From a virus (taxonomy: Duplodnaviria > Caudoviricetes), in the IMG/VR virus record IMGVR_UViG_3300011423_000015, positions 1 to 41,393 of that record: a stretch of DNA of 41,393 bases; one strand, 5' to 3'. A model generated the notes under the pieces. The model did not search any database. It had not been told where the DNA came from and was given only the letters and a program-made list of their open reading frames with translations. The position numbers and the translations under genes were made by a program. Shown in pieces: positions 35,708-41,393 of this stretch; position 1 is the stretch's first letter; each line of letters begins with the position of its first letter.

Positions 35708-36582
35708 TTTGTTTGGGCTTTAAGTTCAGTTCTTTTAGTATCAAAAAGTTCGGTTTGTTCGGCTGTGATGTGCTCACCTAGTTTATCCAGTTCCTCAATG
35801 CTTTGCGCTTGCTGAATCATCAAAACCATTCTTTGATGCTCTGGGTCTGGTGGCGTTTCTTCATTGTCAGCGTATGAAATGTCCGTAGCATCTTCGTTAT
35901 TGATCACAGCCTGATCAAGTGTAATGGCTTTCTGAATGTCAACGCTGAGCGGTGCCCACTTAGAAAGATTCAATTTGATTACCGTTTTGAGCGCCATCGA
36001 TTCGAATTTTTCAATCCATAATCCTTTGCCCCTTCTAAACGTTTGGGAATACTCTTTACCATGCTTTGTGATTTCGTCAACCGTAGCGTAAAAAGTTTTT
36101 TCAAAACCATTCAGTAATTGAAAGTAGGAAGCATACCCGATAACGGTATCAGATTTTTTCTGCTTGAAATCAAATACAAAGCCCGTGAGCGGATTTTCCT
36201 CAACTAACTGTCCCTCATAGATTGGTGCCGCTGATAGTGTGCGATACATACCCGTGCGCTGCGCTAACTGAATAAAACCTTTATAACCCATCTGGAATTG
36301 CGCCTTATTATTGTACGGGACAATATAAGCGAACCCGAGATTGTTATTTAAAGGTAAATCTAAGGTTGCAGCGACCGCAGCCGCATGGTAAACGCTTGAC
36401 GGGTCAACAGTAGATAGCAAATGATTGGATGCTATAATCTGCAAAACCGAAGTGATAAATCCGGTGGAACGTTTACCAAGCATTTCTTGGAACTTTTGTT
36501 TGACTTCATCGCGTGCAAACAAATTTTTAATTGCTAATTGTTGGGGGGTGGTTACCATAGTTATTTCATTTTCATTTGTCAT
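35704..36582 (-). CDS. recT: RecT-family single-strand annealing protein
   Basis: LGFAYIVPY, AQFQMGYKGFIQLAQRTG, MALKTV.K..LSKWAPLS. Confidence 0.92.
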   Translation of the reverse strand: MTNENEITMVTTPQQLAIKNLFARDEVKQKFQEMLGKRSTGFITSVLQIIASNHLLSTVDPSSVYHAAAVAATLDLPLNNNLGFAYIVPYNNKAQFQMGYKGFIQLAQRTGMYRTLSAAPIYEGQLVEENPLTGFVFDFKQKKSDTVIGYASYFQLLNGFEKTFYATVDEITKHGKEYSQTFRRGKGLWIEKFESMALKTVIKLNLSKWAPLSVDIQKAITLDQAVINNEDATDISYADNEETPPDPEHQRMVLMIQQAQSIEELDKLGEHITAEQTELFDTKRTELKAQTK

Positions 36583-36596
36583 AATTGAATTAAATC

Positions 36597-37175
36597 CTAA
36601 AAAAGTTTTTCGATTGATACATGACCAGTTAAAAATTCAGTCATTAAATCATCAGCTTTTTTAAATTGGCGTTCACTCCAACGCTTGGCGATGGTGGCTT
36701 TACGTTCCCAATCATTCTTTGATCGTACCGTTACCAGTGGATGAATTCGATAACCAATTGCTGAGTTAAGAATTGAATTTTCCTCTTTCGCCAATTGTGA
36801 TAGGCGAAGGAATCGTGCATAGGCTTTTTGTGAGGCCTTCACACAATTAAGCGCTTTCGTTAAATTTGTTTTTCTTCCTTCGAAAGCGTTTGACGCGATT
36901 AACAGATTTTCAATTGTCATAGTATGGGGGTTAAAATATTTTACACGTTTAGAATCTGAAAAAGAAATGTTATAATTAACATGCTCCTTTATCGTTTGAA
37001 TTACATCATCCTCAACACACTCATAATTATATCGATCACCGATGGCAATGAAGTCGTAATCCTCTATTCCATCATCATTGAAACTGATATGTATTAATAG
37101 ATGAACCGTTAAATCGCCATCAACATCGAAGGCGGCATTGTGTTTAAAAAAGATTTTTTCGTTAGGGGTTTTCAT
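36597..37175 (-). CDS. Hypothetical protein (acidic N-half, basic C-half; possibly two fused ORFs)
   Basis: 192-aa ORF with internal MTIENL preceded by A-rich sequence. Confidence 0.55.
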   Translation of the reverse strand: MKTPNEKIFFKHNAAFDVDGDLTVHLLIHISFNDDGIEDYDFIAIGDRYNYECVEDDVIQTIKEHVNYNISFSDSKRVKYFNPHTMTIENLLIASNAFEGRKTNLTKALNCVKASQKAYARFLRLSQLAKEENSILNSAIGYRIHPLVTVRSKNDWERKATIAKRWSERQFKKADDLMTEFLTGHVSIEKLF

Positions 37176-37402
37176 TTCGTTCCGTTTAATAGTTTTCTAT
37201 TTTCTGCGCCTTTTTTTAAAAGTGCTGCCAACACTCGCACATTGTAATGCCTTAAGTTTTTAACGCCACCGACATATACTTTGCTCATGCCTAATTCATG
37301 CGCGACCACTGAGATATCACCATATTGTAAATAATTCAGATCGGTTAAATCAATTCCATCAGGCACTTTTTTATCAATGTGTTTTGTTATTTCCTTCATC
37401 AT
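37172..37402 (-). CDS. Small HTH (Cro-like) protein
   Basis: YGDISVVAHELGMSKVYVGGV helix-turn-helix pattern. Confidence 0.65.
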   Translation of the reverse strand: MMKEITKHIDKKVPDGIDLTDLNYLQYGDISVVAHELGMSKVYVGGVKNLRHYNVRVLAALLKKGAENRKLLNGTK

Positions 37403-37623
37403 TATTCTTTAATTGGTTTGATGCCCAATTTTTTTTCTTCCTTCTTGCAGTATGTAGCAATAGCCTTGTTTGCCAATTCAACTTCTTTAATAACACGATC
37501 TTCGATATCAGCCTTTTTCCTTACTACTTTTTGTAGTCTCATTTTCGTATTCGTATAGACTCGGATGGAAGCATGTTTCCTTTTTTTTGTATTTCTGATG
37601 TCCGTTTGTATATTTGTTTCCAT
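37402..37623 (-). CDS. Putative ribbon-helix-helix regulator, first gene of leftward early operon
   Basis: ASIRV strand followed by two helices ending ELANKAI..Y. Confidence 0.55.
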   Translation of the reverse strand: METNIQTDIRNTKKRKHASIRVYTNTKMRLQKVVRKKADIEDRVIKEVELANKAIATYCKKEEKKLGIKPIKE

Positions 37624-37627
37624 GAAT

Positions 37628-37659
37628 CAAACGTACAAAAATGTGCTCACATGTGCTAA
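37628..37659 (-). promoter_or_regulatory. Leftward early promoter with overlapping operator repeats
   Basis: TTAG-N20-TACGTTTG on minus strand, 4 nt from ATG; spacer holds ATGTGCTCAC/ATGTGCTAAC repeats. Confidence 0.65.
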
Positions 37660-37699
37660 CATATGAGTAACAAATGATAAAAATATTCAGGGACAGCTT

Positions 37700-38215
37700 A
37701 TGACAAAAAAGGAAATCATTGATAACGTATTGACTGCCACTGAGTTAACCGCTAATGAATTTGCTATGGCATGCGGTATAATCCCCACCACTTTGTTTAT
37801 GGCGCTCAGTAGGGACACGCTGAGTAAAGAGATTATTAAAAAAATACACGCTAAATTCAACGTTCGCAAACAGTATTTACAGACTGGCGAAGGTGAAATT
37901 TTTGATAAAAAACGTGCGGAAGTTGATGAAGTCGCCCCACTGGTTATCGTTCAGCGTGAGGACAATGGATATATTTCTAAGCAGGTGTTTGACGTAATCA
38001 TCAAGGCAAATGAAAACGAACGAAAGACACTTGTAAAATTGAGTCGGAATTATGAGGTAGTCATTCAGTTAATGGAAGAAGAAGCAAAAAAATTTCAGCA
38101 AATAATTAAAGAACTGGAAATTGAAAACGAGGGCTTTCAAAACGAAATCATCAGTCTAAAAAAAGAAAATAACGTTTTGTTACTTCGAATTTCTACGCAA
38201 AAGCAAAGCGAGTAA
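37700..38215 (+). CDS. Putative phage repressor: N-terminal HTH, C-terminal coiled coil
   Basis: LTANEFAMACGIIPTTL HTH, FNVRKQYLQTGEGEIF motif typical of CI N-domains; divergent from Cro-like genes; no S24 peptidase motifs. Confidence 0.75.
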   Translation: MTKKEIIDNVLTATELTANEFAMACGIIPTTLFMALSRDTLSKEIIKKIHAKFNVRKQYLQTGEGEIFDKKRAEVDEVAPLVIVQREDNGYISKQVFDVIIKANENERKTLVKLSRNYEVVIQLMEEEAKKFQQIIKELEIENEGFQNEIISLKKENNVLLLRISTQKQSE

Positions 38216-38365
38216 TTTGGTTTGAGCAATTTTAAGACGTGTTGCCACGTCCAACGTTTCATCAATTCTACTCTTAACATACTGATCTAAAGATATATCC
38301 TTAACAGGAGGTATAAAAATAGGTCTGAAGTGTTCAATAATAATTGGAGTGCCTTTAGTTGACAT
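38180..38365 (-). CDS. Small hypothetical protein convergent with repressor
   Basis: 61 aa with plausible initiation region. Confidence 0.45.
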   Translation of the reverse strand: MSTKGTPIIIEHFRPIFIPPVKDISLDQYVKSRIDETLDVATRLKIAQTKLLALLLRRNSK

Positions 38366-38534
38366 AATTAAAAAATGGGTTTAGTGTCTAAACTTTATTA
38401 TCAGGGCTCAACGGGGGGTTGTAAAATTAGCGGGGCGATAAAGTTAAAAATTCTTAACACAAATAAAATGTTAAATCAATAATTTTTGGTTCAACATATA
38501 ATTGTTTACCGTAAAGCCCTAAAGGTCAAACAAA

Positions 38535-38600
38535 AAGTATAGTCCTATACAAGAATTACCCCCATAGACTATATTAACTTAAGTATAGCACACTGTATAT
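38535..38600. promoter_or_regulatory. Operator-like TATAG repeats upstream of rightward operon
   Basis: GTATAG-TC-CTATAC palindrome 38537-38550; GACTATA 38567-38573; AAGTATAG at 38535 and 38581. Confidence 0.5.
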
Positions 38601-38643
38601 TGTATTTTTATAAAATAAAACCTAAAAACAAACTTCTCAAAAC

Positions 38644-39456
38644 ATGGCAACGGACATTAAAATCTACTCAAAAAAAATTACTCCCGCAGAGGCGCAGGAG
38701 TATTTGACAAAAAACAATCATTCGAGCAACCGGAGAATAAGCGAGCGAAATGTTTCCTTCCTGTTAGCTGAAATGCAAAATGGTAACTGGATAACCACCG
38801 GTGACCCTATTCAATTTAACAGGGATGGTCAATTGATAAACGGCCAACACAGATTAACGGCAATTATAAAACATGGCAAGCCTGTTGAAATGTTCATCGC
38901 CGAGGGCGTCCCCAACAATGCGTTTAAGGTGATGGACACCGGAAAAATGAGGTCGGCAGGTGACGCGCTTGCAATCATGGGTTATAAAAATTGTTTTAAC
39001 GTAGCTGGCATTACTAGGCACATTCTGATGATAAAATCTAACCGATATAATAATACTGGAAGAATGGCAGGATGTTCGATTTCTGATATAGTCGCATTTG
39101 CAGACGCAAACAAAAAATTACTTCAGGATATTATACATGAAATGAACGAGGTCTATCGTCCATTTAAATATGCCTCGCCTTCGATGCTAGGTGCGTTATG
39201 TTTTTTCTTCCAAAAGAAAGACGCTGAAAAGTCTTGGGCATTTTGGGAGAAGTATTCCAGTGGAATAGATTTAGGGGCTACCAATCCAATTCGTTTTCTT
39301 AGGGAAAAGTTGATTCAGAATAAACTTAATAAAACGCAATACAACCACCGTGATATGATGGCACTTCACATCTTTGCTTGGAATGCTTTCAGAGAAGGGA
39401 AGAAGGTGACCAGTTTTGGGCTGGCAAAGAATTATGAATTCCCGAAGATAAAATGA
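38644..39456 (+). CDS. ParB-like (DGQHR-type) domain protein
   Basis: ITPAEAQEYL..N..NR, M.NG.W..TGDPI.F, LINGQHRL.AI, MDTGK.RSAGD. Confidence 0.82.
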   Translation: MATDIKIYSKKITPAEAQEYLTKNNHSSNRRISERNVSFLLAEMQNGNWITTGDPIQFNRDGQLINGQHRLTAIIKHGKPVEMFIAEGVPNNAFKVMDTGKMRSAGDALAIMGYKNCFNVAGITRHILMIKSNRYNNTGRMAGCSISDIVAFADANKKLLQDIIHEMNEVYRPFKYASPSMLGALCFFFQKKDAEKSWAFWEKYSSGIDLGATNPIRFLREKLIQNKLNKTQYNHRDMMALHIFAWNAFREGKKVTSFGLAKNYEFPKIK

Positions 39457-39662
39457 AATTACCTCTTTACGTTGTGTATGATCATCCAACAGACTATCCA
39501 GATTTATTTGTGATCAGAATTTGGGAAAATGAAATCCCAAAGGAAATCATTTTTACAAGTACCGATATAGATGTGATCAGAGCATATTTGAGAATACGCG
39601 GTCTGGTTAGTCTCGGAAGATACAAAGAGGATGATGAAAAAATTTTGGAAGTATGGGTATAA
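39453..39662 (+). CDS. Conserved phage hypothetical protein
   Basis: VYDHPTDYP..FV.R...DD..I.E.W motif; ATGA coupling. Confidence 0.75.
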   Translation: MKLPLYVVYDHPTDYPDLFVIRIWENEIPKEIIFTSTDIDVIRAYLRIRGLVSLGRYKEDDEKILEVWV

Positions 39663-39889
39663 AAAAAGATAAGATTCAATCCATGTACGCTTTCATTTCA
39701 GAAGATGAAACAGGCGAAGGTATTGTAGGAATGCTTACCCGTGATGGTTGGATACCAATGATGGGTGCCGATACTGACAGAGTAAAAAGCATAATGCCCA
39801 TCATTCAACAAATGGTGAAAGAAACTAATAAACCCATAAAACTTTGCCTGTTCACAACGCGAACTGAGATAACAGAAATTAAACCTTAA
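39653..39889 (+). CDS. Conserved phage hypothetical protein
   Basis: YAFISED..GEGI...PMMGAD..RV.S motif. Confidence 0.75.
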   Translation: MGIKKDKIQSMYAFISEDETGEGIVGMLTRDGWIPMMGADTDRVKSIMPIIQQMVKETNKPIKLCLFTTRTEITEIKP

Positions 39890-39894
39890 TTAAT

Positions 39895-40185
39895 ATGAGT
39901 CCGGAAATGATTAATGAATTAGAAACATTTTGCATTTCTAAGAAATTGGTTGGTAAGGCTGAATCTGATTGGTTTGATATTATCATAGGTCCGGCAGTTT
40001 TCTGTATTGAGAGGCGACCTTATTATTGTGATCGTGGCAGGTTTACGTTAAAGGCTTTTAGCAATGACATTACTAAATTTTATATTGATCACAGTGATGG
40101 ATTCCCACGGTATTATTTCGTGTTAGAAAATCTTTTATCGGAGTTGGAACAATATATTATTTTCAATAGGGAGAAGCTCAGATGA
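39895..40185 (+). CDS. Hypothetical protein
   Basis: RPYYCDRG...ID..DGFPRYYF motif. Confidence 0.75.
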   Translation: MSPEMINELETFCISKKLVGKAESDWFDIIIGPAVFCIERRPYYCDRGRFTLKAFSNDITKFYIDHSDGFPRYYFVLENLLSELEQYIIFNREKLR

Positions 40186-40568
40186 AACTAAACGAGATAT
40201 GCGGCTACATTCTTGATGGTGATAAAAACGCCATACCTGTAAGTGATATCATGGAATGGGCAAATTGGTTTGAATCAGCAAAGAGGGCTAAATTAAATGT
40301 AGTCGGTCAAGATACTTTACCCGATGGAACATTTGTTTCTACTGTTTTTCTTGGTCTTGATCACAATTTTTTTGATTCTGGAATTCCAATACTTTTTGAA
40401 ACGATGGCTTTTAATATGAACAAAAAAGGACTTGATATGTCAGGCACCCACCAATGGCGATATGCAACATGGAAGGAAGCGAGACAAGGGCACATCAAGG
40501 CAATTACAATTATTCTTGGTGAGAAGGCCACAGCTTATATTGAGAAGTATGATCTTAAATTTGAATGA
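40182..40568 (+). CDS. Conserved phage hypothetical protein
   Basis: VSTVFLGLDH...PILFETM.F...RY.TW.EA..GH motif. Confidence 0.8.
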   Translation: MKLNEICGYILDGDKNAIPVSDIMEWANWFESAKRAKLNVVGQDTLPDGTFVSTVFLGLDHNFFDSGIPILFETMAFNMNKKGLDMSGTHQWRYATWKEARQGHIKAITIILGEKATAYIEKYDLKFE

Positions 40569-40843
40569 TGGACTTAATACTTTTACATATGAACCGCGAT
40601 GAATTACGAAAGCTGATAAATGAATCGGTGAAGGAAATTATTAGTGAGCATCTAAAAGATAAAGATGAAAAATTATTAAGTCGTAAAGAGGCGGCAGGTT
40701 ATTTGAAAGTATCAATGCCAACATTGAACAAATGGGAGAAGGCCGGGCAGTTAATACCCAAGAGATACGGTAAGCGAGTTTTTTATTTTGAAAGTGATTT
40801 GCTGGAAAGAAAATTTCCAGAACCTATGAAATTAAAGAAATAA
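40565..40843 (+). CDS. HTH_17/MerR-like DNA-binding protein, candidate excisionase
   Basis: LLSRKEAAGYLKVSMPTLNKWEKAG.L...RYGKRVFY. Confidence 0.82.
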   Translation: MMDLILLHMNRDELRKLINESVKEIISEHLKDKDEKLLSRKEAAGYLKVSMPTLNKWEKAGQLIPKRYGKRVFYFESDLLERKFPEPMKLKK

Positions 40844-40847
40844 ATAA

Positions 40848-41075
40848 ATGGATTTAGATATCATCAGTAAAATGTCAACAAAGGAATTTATGGCGTATGT
40901 GAGCTCGCTTAGTGAGAAGATGAAGCCATTCCGAATTGGCAAGAAACAATTTTATCATTGCAAATTTTTAGTCAAACTCATAAACGCTCATGAAAAACAT
41001 CAAGGAACTTCGGGACGAATTGTCAACCCTTTACAAGTCGGTAAAGGCGAACAAAACGAAATTAGAAACAGCTAA
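40848..41075 (+). CDS. Hypothetical protein
   Basis: 75-aa ORF; 3' end overlaps next gene. Confidence 0.5.
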   Translation: MDLDIISKMSTKEFMAYVSSLSEKMKPFRIGKKQFYHCKFLVKLINAHEKHQGTSGRIVNPLQVGKGEQNEIRNS

Positions 41076-41187
41076 AATATTAGTAGGAACTGCCAATGCC
41101 ATGCTTAACGCTGTTCAAATAGAATTGAATCAAAACAAGTTCATTGGCAACAAAAAACCAATTGAATTTCTTAAGGGTGAAAAGTGA
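40990..41187 (+). CDS. Conserved small phage protein
   Basis: MKNIKELRDEL...A..M.N.V.IE...IEFL helical family. Confidence 0.7.
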   Translation: MKNIKELRDELSTLYKSVKANKTKLETAKILVGTANAMLNAVQIELNQNKFIGNKKPIEFLKGEK

Positions 41188-41222
41188 AATAAAAAATTTT
41201 GCGTTAGACGTTCTTTTATTCA

Positions 41223-41380
41223 GCGGCTTCCGGGTAATTACGAGGCTGCGAATCTCTAATCGGTGGAACGGGAATTCAACACGCCACCAAAATATCGTTA
41301 GAGGGCTTGGGGTCGGGACGCACGGCCCCTTTATTTGATTTATGATTGATTGATTTTTTATAATGTAGGAGTCCCGACCC
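41223..41380 (+). ncRNA. Array of three hairpins (candidate structured RNA), may continue past window
   Basis: Stems 41223-41249, 41254-41303 and perfect GGGTCGGGAC/GTCCCGACCC (41310-41319/41371-41380); G-U pairs favour plus strand. Confidence 0.45.
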
Positions 41381-41393
41381 GATTGCGAAAGTG

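Larger units (their letters stand above)
1..41393. mobile_element. Temperate Bacteroidota phage (siphovirus-like), partial genome, probably excised/free form
   Basis: Ordered terminase-portal-protease-capsid-tail-tape measure modules, integrase next to an attP-like region, replication/recombination/immunity modules; no host housekeeping genes. Confidence 0.93.

Noticed and set aside
41144-41338. 64-aa plus-strand ORF
   Set aside because: TTG start inside the previous gene, no motif, and overlaps a strongly structured hairpin region
1-41393. Stop-codon reassignment as in some Bacteroidota phages
   Set aside because: Long genes are intact in the standard code and TAA, TAG and TGA all end genes; only one isolated in-frame TAA was found

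Overview
The whole window is a large part of a temperate tailed phage genome, most likely a siphovirus of a Bacteroidota host. The host inference rests on TTTG-N20/21-TAnnTTTG promoters, signal peptides followed by Gln, SprB repeats and an integrase with a GIN box I. From ~27054 leftwards on the minus strand runs a packaging/morphogenesis operon: ParB-domain protein, ABC-ATPase/GNAT fusion, unknown protein, ASCH protein, TerS, TerL, portal, HK97-type prohead protease, major capsid, head-tail and tail proteins, tape measure, tail-tip/fibre proteins, an LRR protein and two signal-peptide proteins. An apparently intact attP-like region and a tyrosine integrase lie in the middle. To the right are replication (initiator plus DnaC-like ATPase), recombination (RecT plus YqaJ-like exonuclease), a divergent immunity switch and a rightward accessory operon. 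No lysis genes, tRNAs, CRISPR array or reverse transcriptase were seen. The best candidate for an undescribed system is the ParB / ABC-ATPase-GNAT / degenerate P-loop / ASCH cassette directly ahead of the terminase, a putative nucleic-acid acylation writer plus reader/eraser. Next are hairpin arrays whose loops are antisense to start-codon-like sequences, a promoter-to-terminator sRNA, and a mini-protein resembling the helicase-loader N-terminal helix. All family calls are by-eye motif recognition; no database searches were run.
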